From NCBI GenBank assembly GCA_964016885.1, contig OZ024758.1, positions 10,230,001 through 10,294,000 on the forward strand: a DNA stretch of 64,000 nt, written 5' to 3'. Under the pieces are notes generated by a model. The model worked only from the letters and a program-made list of their open reading frames with translations, did not search any database and had not been told where the DNA came from. Position numbers and translations under genes: made by a program. Each line of letters starts with the position of its first letter. Positions within the stretch are counted from its first letter, which is position 1. This document shows positions 44,471 to 58,847 of this stretch, in pieces. This stretch comes from Eledone cirrhosa. Its lineage: Eukaryota.

Positions 44471-44883
44471 CGGGAGAGATGACCCCTTAACCTTTGTCAA
44501 GGCAGAATTCTAGGAGAAGGAAAACTCTGATATAACACCTGCAACTCTGATGGTATCCAATGATGTTGACTTGTTCTTCTTTTTGGTAAATATCATCTTG
44601 GTTAAGAGAGTGGGACTGGCTTTGTGCAGTGCCTTTGCTCACTATAAAAGCTTCACGGCACAGGCATTGCTTTATATCTGGAGATCTCTCTGCACTTGTC
44701 GTCACATGGTACCATGGGCCCAGCACTATGTGTCAATAATTGTCACAAGTGTAGTGTTTGTACCAGAGTTTTCAAGTCGCTGGCTGGACTAAAAAGTCAC
44801 ACTCGTTCAGCGCATCGGTAGGGGTTCTCCTACATGGATATAAAGTAGTGGCCGTACTCGAAAACGAGTTGGCAGCCACCATG
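44471..44883 (+). mobile_element. Bipartite RTE-derived non-autonomous retroelement with TATG tail
   Basis: The 5' part has ctaggagaaggaaaactctga, an RTE 5'-UTR-like motif. The 3' part encodes CSVCTRVFKSLAGLKSHTRSAH* (C-x2-C-x12-H-x4-H, like RTE ORF C-termini), then a short UTR and TATG repeats. Confidence 0.65.
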
Positions 44884-44927
<44 letters not shown>

Positions 44928-45101
44928 CATATATACAGGAAGAGTGTGGGGTCCCGATAGCTGAGCTCCGGCCGTTTCGACAGCTAGACCCGAACTAGCC
45001 GCCGGTGTCATGACTCTTTTCCTATTACCCACTCCACTACCCTAAGTATTGAGTACTCTGGTGCGTTATGGTCCACCTGATTTCTTAAAACACTTTCTTT
45101 G

Positions 45102-45148
<47 letters not shown>

Positions 45149-45664
45149 CATACATATACACACACGAGGTTAACTTTGCCTTTCATCCTTACGGGATCGA
45201 TAAAATAAAGTACCAGTAATACACTGGGTATTGCTGGCCTTGTGCCAAAAGTAGAAACAATTATTATTAAATGTCGTATGCATTAGCGACAATTAGTAAT
45301 AGTTCCTTAATTAACTTCCAGCTTCCTCTTACATAGCCACAACATATCATATTCATGCATGTATCGCAGACTTTGTCCTATTCTATCAATTTGTCCTATT
45401 CTATCAATTTGTCCTATTCTATCAATTTACTTCAATCGACAGACTTCCACGCATTCTTGCGACTTCACATCTTATGTACGCATCCAATGCTCATTCCCCA
45501 CCACACAGAAACACTCACACGCACACACACACACACGTGCATATATTTATGTATGTACACACACACACGTGCATATATACATGTACACACACACACACAC
45601 ATGTGTATATATTTATGTATGTACACACACACACACACACACACACGTGTATATATACATGTAT

Positions 45665-45713
<49 letters not shown>

Positions 45714-47867
45714 TATATATACATGTACACACACACACACATGTGTAATATATTTATGTATGTACACACACACATATATATATATGAAATATTTAAAATA
45801 GGTGATGATTGTCCACAGAAATTACAGTTAAAATTTTTTTAGAAAATCAATGATGAAAATGCACACAGAATACATTTTAAAAGAAGTTAATATAATCATA
45901 TAGAGTTATAATCATATAGAGTTATAATCATATAGAGTTATAATCATATAGAGTTATCATACACACATCCATCGAATGCCTTTCTTACCAACCAGTTTTA
46001 GCCCATGGCATTCATTGTAAAAACTAACATTGTTATTGAAGGAATAGTTTAAAGGGTATACTTTTCTTATCTTCTTTTAAGTGTAACGGTCAAACAAGCC
46101 TTAGTACATAATATAGTTACTGTATATGGGCACAATTGTGCAATAATATTCATATTAGGACAATGGGATTGAACGACCGACGTTAGAATAGTAATGTTTA
46201 AAATTGTAAGGATCTTAGTTGTTGTGTGTCACAGGGAGTGGCTGGTCGTATGTGTTAGTACATGAATTTCAGATAAATATTTATCACATTTATATTTGTT
46301 AATTAATACGTAGTTTCTCTTTGTTATTTGTTGTTCATTGACGTCACCTGCGCATTTGATAACACAGAGGTACTTTAACATTGGGTACATTTCTTCCAGC
46401 ACGTCTCTCTATATGTTCGGCGTTCTAATAAGGCCACCGCCCCTGGAGAGCTTCTTTGTTTGATCTCCGAAAGAATGAAATGCCAAGTTGACTTCCGTGG
46501 GATTTAAACTCAGATCGCAGAGAGCCGGAACAAATACCACGAGATATTGAATCCTACGCTCAAGCAATTTCGCCTGCGTAATCCTCTGCGTAAGTTAATA
46601 ATATTCATTTTTTTAAATATCAACCATAATTTGTATTTGTGTATTTATTTATGCAACTAATACCGTTGATTCCTGCAACTTGAAATTAAATACATCTACA
46701 GATTAAGTCAAAGCCAACCTCGAACCGAAACAAACATAAACCAAATACTCAACCTCAGACACCCAAACCATACCGCTCAACGATGACCTCAACCACGCAT
46801 TTTATTTTATCCCCCTCCCCCTTCTCAGTAAACAAACCACTGACCCACAGGAATCACTGGTATGGGAACGACGGACGTCATTAAGCTGCAGGCCGTCGTA
46901 TTGCAAAGTTTCCATATATTGATTTCTTTATTAGCCACAGATGGCTTTCGTTTCTATATAATTGTTTCTACTTTTGGCACAAGGCCAGCACATACTCAGT
47001 GCATTACTGGTACTTTATAATAATAGCCATTATTATATGCAACTACGACTCCATATCTCTGGCTGAAACTATTTACAGACAAACATACATACTTATAAAC
47101 TCATACACCCAATGCGTTTACTATTTTAGACATGTTACTACAATCAATAAGAACTTCGTTTTCCAATCACAAGGACTTGGCTTCTAATCTGAATGTTTTC
47201 CTGTAATTAGTTATTTTTCCAAAGTTACACGTTAAATCCTGTATTTCCTTTGTAGATATATGCTGAACATTTATGTAATTATATCCTAGAAATAAATCTT
47301 TAATCACTTCCAAGTGTCAGTAACCAACATATACTATAGGGTTTTTCTTATGCAAACCATTCATTTATCAAAAGGCAAATTTCCGAATTTTTATGGTTGT
47401 TCATATACACGGTAAAGCTGGTATAATAGTCACAGACTACAAACTTTAAATACGTTTAATGCTGCATATTATTGCATTGGTCCACAGTATTTATATATAA
47501 AAAAGACATGACCGTAGACTAATGACTGAAAAGAGTACAAGGAGCACACTTAAAAAGATATAGTCACATAAAGGTTAAGTAACAACTTTCAGTTATTTAT
47601 TGTCTGCTTCTTCTGTATTATTAACTATTACGATCTGAGTTCAAATCCCGGCGAGGCTGACTTTGCCTTTCATCCTTACGGGGTCGATAAAATAAAGTAC
47701 CAGTAATGCACTGGGGTAATTTCTGGCCGTGGTGTGCCAAAAGTAGAAACAATTATTAAATATCCATATATTTACTTTACGCTACGCCAATGTGTATGAA
47801 TAACGTTTTCGACTAAATTTTAGAATTTAAGTACAAAGTTGGCCAACATTTTTTCCCATCTTCTAAA

Positions 47868-47905
<38 letters not shown>

Positions 47906-48096
47906 AGAAATTGAACAGGGACAGAACAGAGAGGCAGTACGACATATATATATATATATATATAAAAAATGTTTGGGGAGCCACTGGTTTAGACAGACGA
48001 AAAGCTAGTATGTAGCTAGTAGTGAGAATCGAAACTGGGTCGAAAAGAACTTAACGCCATAGTTCGGCGCCCACAACAAGTAGGGTTTATTTATGA

Positions 48097-48285
48097 TAAT
48101 TGTTTCTACTTTAGACACAAGGCCAGCAATTACCCAGTGCATTACTGGTACTTTATTTTATCGACCCCCTTAAGGATGAAAGGCAAAGTCAACCTCGGCA
48201 GGATTTGAACTCAGATCGTAAAGGAACGTAACTATGCTGGAAAGCGTGGCGTCCAACCCTCTACTGATACTGCCAATAATACCAT
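48097..48285 (-). mobile_element. tRNA-derived SINE with Nin/Deu-like central domain (near full length)
   Basis: A-box-like tggcagtatcag, B box gagttcaaatcc, core actttgcctttcatccttacggggtcgataaaataaagtaccag. Many copies: ~7541-7680, 8396-8485, 14195-14282, 14325-14423, 19234-19310, 29970-30180, 32341-32445, 36938-37050, 45166-45263, 46959-47016, 47627-47755, 54544-54820 (two), 57086-57184, 57737-57906. Confidence 0.8.
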
Positions 48286-48355
48286 TAGGTTTATGATAAT
48301 GAACGCTTTCCCGGTTTCCAACATTTTTTTCCCATCTTCTAAAGTACACCGCGAG

Positions 48356-48428
<73 letters not shown>

Positions 48429-48429
<1 letters not shown>

Positions 48430-48615
48430 GTTATTCCGGGTTGAATCGGAGGTAACCACAGTAAGTAAGGTACTCAATACATTGCAGAGTATAAAAGTTT
48501 TAATATAGATGAGATTCTACAGGACTAGAACTGTTTCATTCTTTAGAAATCATCAGGAATCATTCCTGATGATTTCTAAAGAATGAAACAGTTCTAGTCC
48601 TGTAGAATCTCATCT
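48429..48615. mobile_element. Family B fold-back element with hammerhead-like CTGATGA-hairpin-GAAA core
   Basis: Long inverted repeat centred near 48560, flanked by (TA)n. Reads CTGATGA t-ttc-taaa-gaa-t GAAA; stems I and III are unclear. Confidence 0.65.
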
Positions 48616-48954
48616 ATATATATATATAAAGATTGGGGAGCCACTGGTTTAGACGGACGAAAAGCTAGTATGTAGCTAGTAGTGAGAATCGAAACTGGGT
48701 CGAAAAGAACTTAACGCCATAGTTCGGCGCCCACAACAAGTAGGGTTTATGATAATGAACGCTTTCCCGGTTTTCGAGGGACTGGTATGGCGACTGCAAG
48801 TCTACTTCTTTCAGCAACGATGACAGAAACGTCGTTCTGACTACCAAAATTCGCTTACATTTCTTTCTACCCTTTTCCAAATGAGTTCGCTCGCGAGCAT
48901 TCGTAAATGACTGACACGCACTCATATACATACACGCACACACACGCACACACG

Positions 48955-49000
<46 letters not shown>

Positions 49001-49074
49001 AATATGTTACACATATATGTATTTATACATATAGTAGTGTGTGTGTGTGTATGTGTGTTATAGTCGTGTGTGTG

Positions 49075-49400
49075 TGTGTGTGCCAACATATGTGAGTGTA
49101 TGTGTTTGTGTGTGTGTATGAGACTGTGTGTGTGTGTGAGTGTGCCAACATATGTGAGTGTATGTGTTTGTGTATGTGTGTGTGTGTGTGAGTGTGAGTG
49201 TGCCAACATATGTGAGTGTATGTGTTTGTGTGTGTATGAGACTGTGTCTGTGTGTGTGTGTGTGTGTGTGTGAGTGTGCCAACATATGTGAGTGTATGTG
49301 TTTGTGTGTGTGTATGAGACTCTGTGTTTGTGTGTGTATGAGACTGTGTGTGTGAGTGTGCCAACATATGTGAGTGTATGTGTTTGTGTGTGTATGAGAC

Positions 49401-49405
<5 letters not shown>
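49075..49405. repeat. Higher-order repeat built on (TG)n
   Basis: gtgccaacatatgtgagtgtatgtgtttg recurs five times. Confidence 0.85.
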
Positions 49406-49439
<34 letters not shown>

Positions 49440-49583
49440 ATGAAAGAATGAATAAATTAATGCATGCATACAAACACACACATGCACACAAATGAGTGCA
49501 TTCACCCGTATGCCTAATACTAACAAAAACTCAAACAACCCACGCAATACTATGCATACACACCATTATATATATATATGTGC

Positions 49584-49624
<41 letters not shown>

Positions 49625-49656
49625 GGACTGTGTGTGTGTGTGTGTGTGTGTATGGG

Positions 49657-49699
<43 letters not shown>

Positions 49700-49900
49700 A
49701 TATATATAAACATCTAACGTTTATACGTGTAATACATATTTATTTACAAACATACATATCACCCTACCCTATAATAAATCTAATATAAAACCCGCACATA
49801 AAAAATTTGACATACACACTCATACATATACATACGCATATATATATATATATACACATATATATATTTATATAGACATACACACTCATACATATACATA

Positions 49901-49950
<50 letters not shown>

Positions 49951-49988
49951 TATATTTATATAGACATACACACTCATACATATACATA

Positions 49989-50054
<66 letters not shown>

Positions 50055-50098
50055 CATATATATATTTATATAGACATACACACTCATACATATACATA

Positions 50099-50150
<52 letters not shown>

Positions 50151-50247
50151 TATATGTGTGTGTATATGATGCATGCACTTACATAAGTCTGCATTCACAA
50201 ACCTAATCAAACGTACAGCAGCCCACACTAATGAATAGACGTGCGCG

Positions 50248-50310
<63 letters not shown>

Positions 50311-50443
50311 TCGTGGTGTTATATTATTTATTAATTTAGGAATACGGTAACGTGAACTTAATTATATTCCAATATGGAATGTACAGATTTAAAAAAAATA
50401 AATGAGTGGGTGAAAGAGTCAGACAGACAGATACGTATAAAGC

Positions 50444-50444
<1 letters not shown>

Positions 50445-50474
<30 letters not shown>

Positions 50475-50640
50475 TGTATGTATGTGTGTATGTGTGTATG
50501 TATGTATGTATGTATGTATGTATGTATGTATGTATGTATGTATGTATGCATGTATGCATGTATGAATGTACGTATGTATGTATGTATGTATGTATGTATG
50601 TATGTATGTATGTATGTATGTATGTGTGTATGTATGTGTG

Positions 50641-50671
<31 letters not shown>

Positions 50672-50757
50672 GTATGTATGTATGTAAGTATGTATGTATG
50701 TATGTATGTATGTATGTATGTATGTATGTATGTACGTATGTATGTATGTATGTATGT
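50445..50757. repeat. (TATG)n microsatellite
   Basis: Directly visible, immediately preceding an RTE-derived element. Confidence 0.95.
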
Positions 50758-50758
50758 A

Positions 50759-51200
50759 GATGAGAGATGACCCCTTTAGCCTTAGTCAAGGCAGAATTCT
50801 AGGAGAAGGAAAACTCTGATATAACACCTGCAACCCTGATGGTATCCAATGATGTTGACTTGTTCTTCTTTTTGGTAAATAGCATCTTGGTTAAGAGAGT
50901 GGGACTGGCTTTGTGCAGTGCCTTTGCTCACTATAAAAGCTTCACGGCACAGGCATTGCTTTATATCTGGAGATCTCTCTGCACTTGTCCTCACATGGGC
51001 CCAGCACTATGTGTCAATAATTGTCCTACCATGGGCCTAGCACTATGTGTCAATGGTTGTCACAGGTGTAGTGTTTGTACCAGAGGTTTCAAGTCGCTGG
51101 CTGGACTAAAAAGTCACACTCGTTCAGCGCTTCGGTAGGGGTTATCCTACATGGATGTAAAGTAGTGGCCGTACTCGAAAACGAGTTGGCAGCCACCATG
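50759..51200 (+). mobile_element. Same RTE-derived element, with a small internal duplication
   Basis: High identity to 44471-44883, with (TATG)n on both sides. Confidence 0.65.
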
Positions 51201-51280
51201 TACGTATGTTTGTATGTAGGTATGTATGTATGTATGTATTTATGTATGTATGTATGTATGTATGTATGTATGTATGTATG

Positions 51281-51575
51281 TTATCTCTTTCTCTTAATTT
51301 CGAGTATATTTTTTTTGACCGGCCACCTTCCTGGTGGCAAGGTTGTAAAAGAAAAGAAATTGTCATCCCTTGAATCGCAAGAATGTTTTGCAAATTTTGA
51401 AGGTGCCAGCTATCGCAGCCATTTGTAGACTATGAATTAGGGAGCTGCGCTCTTTGTCCGCAAATCCAAGTTCAGTCATACTTTGGTCGAAGCGGGTTGG
51501 TATATAACCCGTAGCTCCAATAATGATGGGTATGAAGCTAAAGGTGTATCTTGGATACTGGATTTGTAAACTCCT
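51281..51575 (-). mobile_element. Same RLE LINE family, 3' fragment in (CATA)n
   Basis: RSLQIQYP...CKTFLRFKG* followed by the 3' UTR, TATG repeats on both sides. Confidence 0.75.
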
Positions 51576-51836
51576 GTATGTATGTATGTATGTATGTATG
51601 TATGTATGTATGTATGTATGTATGTATGTATGTATGTATGTATGTATGTACAAGTTTACTTGGTGAAGAAGGTGATTTTGGACACCCTGCAGGACAAAAA
51701 AAACAAAACCTGACAAAGGGCGGAAGAACTCATAAGAGTCAACGGCCATCCAAAAATGTGTAAATATGTATATACACATGTACATATGTATGTATATGTA
51801 TATGTGTATATACATGGGTGCATGTGTGTGTATATG

Positions 51837-52191
51837 CGCGGGGACATAGAAATAGTCGGGCTGGACACAAGATCGCGCAGTTAAACCACTGGGAGTGAAG
51901 GACCCCTAGCCTTTGTCAGGGCATTCTACTAGGAGAAGGCAACTCAGGAAACTGGGATAACTCCGACATAAAACCTGCGGCTCAGTAGTTACCGATGATG
52001 TTGATCTTTTCTTCTTTTCGGGTTATAGCTACTGTCGCTCAGAGAGTGGGATTGGCTCAGTGCACAGTCTTTCCTCACTTAAAAAAAAATATCTTCACGC
52101 ACAGCCATTGCACGATAGAATTAATTGATAATGATTAATAATGGTATATCGTACAATGGCCATACTCGATAACGAGGGGGCAGCCATCATG
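51837..52191 (+). mobile_element. Diverged relative of the RTE-derived element
   Basis: Shares cccctagcctttgtca..ctaggagaaggcaactc, gatgatgttga, gagagtggga.tggct and the 3' end tggcc.tactcga.aacgag..ggcagcca.catg(TATG). Lacks the zinc-finger segment. Confidence 0.55.
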
Positions 52192-53204
52192 TATGTATGT
52201 ATACATTCACGATGCAAATATGTGTGTGTATATGTGTATATGTGTGTGTATGTATGTATATGTATGTATGTGTATATATATATATGCATGTGTATATATC
52301 CTTTTGTTCTTGTTTCAGTGAGTACGTTATGGCCATGCTGGAGGCATGGATGGGTCAAGCTGATGTATGGTGGATATTAACCAACATGCCGAGAAACTGA
52401 ATCGAACCCTTAATGATTCTGAACCATTCAGTCATACTGCGATCACAAATCGATAGTTACGTTGACATAGAATCTCCATGGGAAATGATCCAAACCCAAC
52501 AATAATATTTACAAGCAAAATAATGGAAATACATCAAGAAACAGTCATGAATTGGCGAATGGCAGAGAATTATTGCTAGAGTTAGTGAGAAGATATAGAA
52601 AATGTTTTAGTGTGTTTAGGTTCTTCCCTTTGCATTCATAGTTCAAATCCTTACAAGCTTGACTTCGGTGCAGTCGCTAAGGAAGGTTTGTTTGGGGAGA
52701 CTGGACCCTATTTTTCAACGGTGCACCTTCAGATTTATGAACTTAACTATGTTATGCTTATTTGGAAACTCCGCTTTTAATTATTGCGAATTAGTGTGCC
52801 CACACAGAATGTTCTGTAGCAGCGTCCCTTCGCTTGGTCCAAGCCCTGGTCCCTGGTGACGTGTCTGCTTAGTTTTACCCCTTTTATCTATCCAGGTTTT
52901 GTACCAGCTGAGGACTGGGATGAATCTAAACGATTGTACACGACACACAAACCCTCAGCTCACACATATACACAGTCTCATTTACACACATAGATAAATA
53001 TATTTCAATACTAGTATATGCACATTTGCACATGCATAAGTGCATACATACATAAATACATAAATAAATACATATATACATGCTAACGTACTAACTAACA
53101 TACATACATATATATATATATATTACCCACTCTACTACCCCAAGTATTGAGTACTTTGGTGCGTTATGGTTCACCTGGTTCCTTACCACATTTCCTTCGT
53201 TATA

Positions 53205-53243
<39 letters not shown>

Positions 53244-53338
53244 GGATGTATGTAAACGGTAAACAGAAATAACAACACAATCGGTACAGTATATGGAAGG
53301 TATATATTAGGTTAACGCTTGATATAGCAGGAAGAGGG

Positions 53339-53374
53339 TCTTAACGTTTCGGACGCTAGACCTTCATCAGAAGA
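53339..53374 (-). ncRNA. Minimal type I hammerhead motif, second copy of the 23386 family
   Basis: Reverse strand reads tctt CTGATGA aggtc-tagc-gtcc GAAA cg TT aaga, with one stem II mismatch. Confidence 0.65.
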
Positions 53375-53474
53375 AAGAATGAGAAATAAAATAGATTGAG
53401 GGGACGGGCGGGTTGGAATTGGAAAAAATGTCTTTAGATAAAAATAACAGGTCCATTCATGTTGACATCTCTTG

Positions 53475-53518
<44 letters not shown>

Positions 53519-53614
53519 GTGCATCGGAAAATAATTTCTGGTTTGCTTTTTAAATTTCTTCACCTATATGAAAACCGGTCTCCGACGCAGAAAAGGGGCT
53601 CGTTAGCCAGGCAT

Positions 53615-53699
<85 letters not shown>

Positions 53700-55089
53700 T
53701 GTAACTGGATATTTATGTTTTATTAGGTGCATGTATGTAAGTATACACGTGTGTATGGATATATGAATGTTATGTATGAACTTATTTTTCCATGCATGCA
53801 TGCATGAATGTGTGTGTGTGTGTGTAGGGTGTTAGGGTGTATGCACAAAGATATGTATGTATGCATGTATGATTTTATGTCCGTATGTGTATATATGCAT
53901 GTGTTGTACGTATTCCTGTATATATGTTTGTACGTCTGTATGTATTTATATATGCCTGTATGTATGTAGCTGTGTAAATGTAACTTCAACTATCTATATG
54001 TGAATACATAACATTTACCAGCTATTTCAAGCGAATGATTATATTTATATCACAGACTGTAGTAGCGGCGGCGGCGACCCAAAACACCGATGAATTACTT
54101 CCCTTCTTTTATATATTGTTTATAATAAACAAGACAACCAACAACTTTCTTTACACTTCAACTGGCATCATTTAACTCGTCTTTCATTTTTGTTTCGTTT
54201 GTTTGTTTTTTGTTTTAGTATATCTCCAGCTAGGGGATCAGGGTGGAATTTGTAGACAAGTATCAACACAGGAAAATACATCAACACAGAAGAGAATGTT
54301 GTATGTAACTGAATGAAATATAACTCTCAGTAAGCTGCCAATGTGGTTTGATGGGCAGCTACCTTAAATTTCTATGACATCAAACTATGTCCGCTTTTTT
54401 AAACACCAGATCATTTCCATTGCTGCATTTTCTATATTCCCCCGCCACAATTTCAATGAAGGGATTTTATTGGAGTCCCATCCCATTTTTTAAATTTTAT
54501 TTATTGTTTGAAAATATAGTCGTCACGATGCTAGTAACTATAATAATTGTTTCTACTTTTGGCACAAGGCCAGCTATTACCTCAGTGTATTACTGGTACT
54601 CTATTTTATCGACCCCGTCATGATGAAAGGGAAAGTTAACCTCGGCGGTATTTGAACTCAGAATGACAAGGGCCAACTAGAATAATTGTTTCTACTTTTG
54701 GCACAAAGCCAGCAATTATATCAGTGTATTACTGGTACTTTATTTTATCGACTCCGTAAGGATGAAAGGCAAAGTTAACCTCGGCGAGATTTGAACTCAG
54801 ATCATAAAGGGACGTAACTCTGTGCTTCAAAGCGATGTGTTGGGATATTTGTAACTTCAAGTGATAAAGAGAGTGAATTTAACAGTTATAAAAAGTCTTG
54901 GAAGGGTAAAATGATTCTTTTGAACACAGGCTTTTACATTTGCCACCAATGGTTTCATGAGTTAACAAAACCTGGTTGTTAGTCCATATCTTCAGGATAA
55001 TTTACATACAAATGGTTGAAGGCAACCAACAACTTTTTTGTTTTGACATTCAAATGAAGGTATGAAGGTATGACAAATAGTCGTTTCCG

Positions 55090-55096
55090 TTACTGC

Positions 55097-55139
<43 letters not shown>

Positions 55140-55468
55140 GCTATTGTTATTGTTATAGTCATCCTTGTTGTTTTTGTTGTATTTATCTTTGCTGTTGTTG
55201 CTGCTATTGCTATAGATGTCGTTGTTGTTGTTGCTGCTGTTGCTGCTGCTGATGCTGCTGATGGTGATGATGATGATGGTGATGGTGTGGATGATGATGA
55301 TGATGGTGTGGATGATATTGCTGTTGTGGCTCCTATTGTTTTTATTACTCCACTTACTCGTTAGCAGACGATATAAAAAAAACCGACGGCCATAGAATAC
55401 TTTCATACATATCCTATTGCTATTGCTATAGATGTCGTTGTTGCTGCTGCTGCTGCTGATGATGATGG

Positions 55469-55533
<65 letters not shown>

Positions 55534-55642
55534 TTGCTGTTGCTGCCATCGTTGTGGATCCTATTGTTTTTATTTCTCCACTTACTCGTTAGCAGACGAT
55601 ATAAAAAAAACCGACGGCCATAGAATACTTTCATACATATCC
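55090..55642. repeat. Trinucleotide tracts with a duplicated ~80-bp unique core
   Basis: ctccacttactcgttagcagacgatataaaaaaaaccgacggccatagaatactttcatacatatcc occurs twice. Confidence 0.85.
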
Positions 55643-55924
55643 AACGTTCTTGTTTTTGTTACAAGTTCATGTCTGTTCGGCAGTAACCCTATATCTGATC
55701 CTCGTCTCATTTTATAGCATATAAAGATGATAAGGAAACAATGTCTAGTGCCGTTTGACACTTAGCAATGTTTCCTATTCGTTAGCTGCGAGGAAAGAAT
55801 TAAGCAATAACAATTGTACTCTACTCTAAACACTTTCCCGTCCCGTTTTGCTTTTCTCTGCCTGCCGTATGTATTCTTTTGCGTAGTATGCTATTATTTA
55901 TATCTGAGTGGGAGTCAGTGTGTG

Positions 55925-56049
<125 letters not shown>

Positions 56050-56057
56050 ATATATTC

Positions 56058-56166
<109 letters not shown>

Positions 56167-56184
56167 TGTGTATATATATATATA

Positions 56185-56325
56185 GGGTGTCCAGAAATAG
56201 CCGTCGAAACGGCTTGAGCTCTGCCGTCAGGGTCATACTTTTTCCTATTTCCCACTCTACTACCATAAGTATTGAGTACTCTGGTGCGTTATGGTCCATC
56301 TGGTTCCTTATCACAATTCCTTTGT
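56185..56325. mobile_element. Family A element, opposite orientation, no fold-back
   Basis: Reverse complement of the family A body, inside a (TA)n tract. Confidence 0.7.
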
Positions 56326-56452
56326 TATATATATATATATTCATGTATATATATATATATATATTCATGTATATATGTTTGGCTTACGAAGCATTGGGAA
56401 ATTTTAAATTTGAAAATATAGTTGCCACAATGCAGATAACTATAATAATAAC

Positions 56453-56506
<54 letters not shown>

Positions 56507-58432
56507 CAAGTAAATATGTTTTGAAACAGTGAGCAGGTTTGAAATTAGAAAATAGAATAGCTTTCACCGTATTTTTGACTAAAGGAATTTTAGCCTGATA
56601 ATGGGGTTTAGAACCCTCAGATAAATGGAAAAAGATTAGTATTGACAACAATGAGTGGATTAGTTAAGTAACTAATAATAAATTTGAAATAAAAATCAAC
56701 TGGTCCGAAACAAAGAACACATGAAATAAGGTAGACCTAGGTAATCATAGGACGGGGACATCATTAGAATATCCAAAAGACCTTCTACGTGATGTATATC
56801 CATATGGCGGTAAAAACTATGTACGTATGTTCCGTAACAACAACAGTCTTAGAAGACCTGACAAAGACTGGAAGACTCAATCAATGCTAAACAACAACAA
56901 CAACAACAACAGCTTCAGCAATGACATAGGTAGACGAACTAATTAACCTGTACTTTACGGGTTGAGAAGATGTTTTAGTACCAAGAGTGAACTGTAAGTG
57001 CCTCATAGAAGCTGTAGATGTATTGGGGGTGAGAAAATACACTGAATCGTCAAATAGCTCCTCGTCACACAGTTTTGATCGAATTGAGGTTAACTTTGCC
57101 TTTCATCCTTACGGGGTCGATAAAATAAAGTACCAGTAATGTACTGGGTAATTGCTGACCTTGTGCCTAAAGTAGAAACAATTATTTGCCTAAAAAAAGG
57201 TGTTAACCGCCCCCGCCCCCCATAATATGTGTGTTGTTAAAGATTTAGCGAACAGGCAGATTCACATTTGAATGTTTGTAAATGTTCTCCTGCGCCTGCT
57301 ATGTGTGCATCTGCTTCAGAATGGGTGCACCTTATCCCTGCGGGTTGTGAGAAGGTCATCCATATGTAATTGGTTACCTCAAGGAGGGGAAATAAAAACC
57401 CACGCGATATCTATGAATCCCATCATGGGCTTCCGCGTGACTAACTCCTACTTTAGCAGGGAAAATGTCTTGAAATGCTTGTTATTGTATGTATGTGTGT
57501 ATGTATGTGTGTATGTATGTGTGTATGTAAGAGAGTGGGACTGGCTTTGTGCAGTGCCTTTGCTCACTATAAAAGCTTCACGGCACAGGCATTGCTTTAT
57601 ATCTGGAGATCTCCCTTTACTTGTCGTCACATGGTACCATGGGCCCAGCACTATGTGTCAATAATTGTCACAAGTGTAGTGTTTGTACCAGAGTTTTCAA
57701 GTCAATGGCTGGACTAAAAAGTCACACTCGTAGGGGTTCGGTAGGGGTTGGACGCCATACTTTCCAGCATAGTTACGTCCCTTTACGATCTGAGTTCAAA
57801 TCCCGCCGAGGTTGACTTTGCCTTTCATCCTTACGAGGTCGATAAAATAAAGTACCAGTAATGCACTGGATAATTGCTGGCCTTGTGCCTAAAGTAGAAA
57901 CAATTATATATATATATATGTATACACACACATATACACACACACATATATATATTAGGCAGATATATATTTTTTTTATACATATAACTTTGAAAAATGG
58001 ATAGCTTTGGCATCTAGCTAATTATATTTGCATGTAAGTAATTAATATAAGTATATTTATGTATAAGCAAATGATAGTAAGGAGATGAAATTAAATAAAC
58101 AAGCAAGAGTGTATGTATATTAATTAGATATATACATTTAGATGTATCATAGATGAATATATTATTACAACCTTGTCTTTATCTGGAGTTTCTTCTTTTC
58201 ACGCGCAGTAATATATATGACTAAATTATCTAACTTGTTTTTTCATTTTTAAAAAAATATTTATTTAATCTTTTTTTTTTATATAAACGGTAAGATAGGA
58301 TTTCAAGCCAATTTGCCTCTTGCTATTTCTTGTGGGTTAAGCTAAAAGGTCCAGAATGATCGGTTACGGACATTTTAAAAGTTTGCAGCCGATATAAAAA
58401 CGTTCAAATATTCAAGAGCTGTTTATACCGTA

Positions 58433-58537
<105 letters not shown>

Positions 58538-58606
58538 ACACACATACATACATATATATTTGCATATATATATGTGTGTGTGTATATATGTATATATGTA
58601 TATATT

Positions 58607-58736
<130 letters not shown>

Positions 58737-58767
58737 TATATACATATATATATACATATATATATAT

Positions 58768-58847
<80 letters not shown>

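Noticed and set aside
55050-55634. 194-aa ORF with poly-Ile/Asn and a repeated MKVFYGRRFF segment
   Set aside because: Product of trinucleotide tracts and a local duplication.
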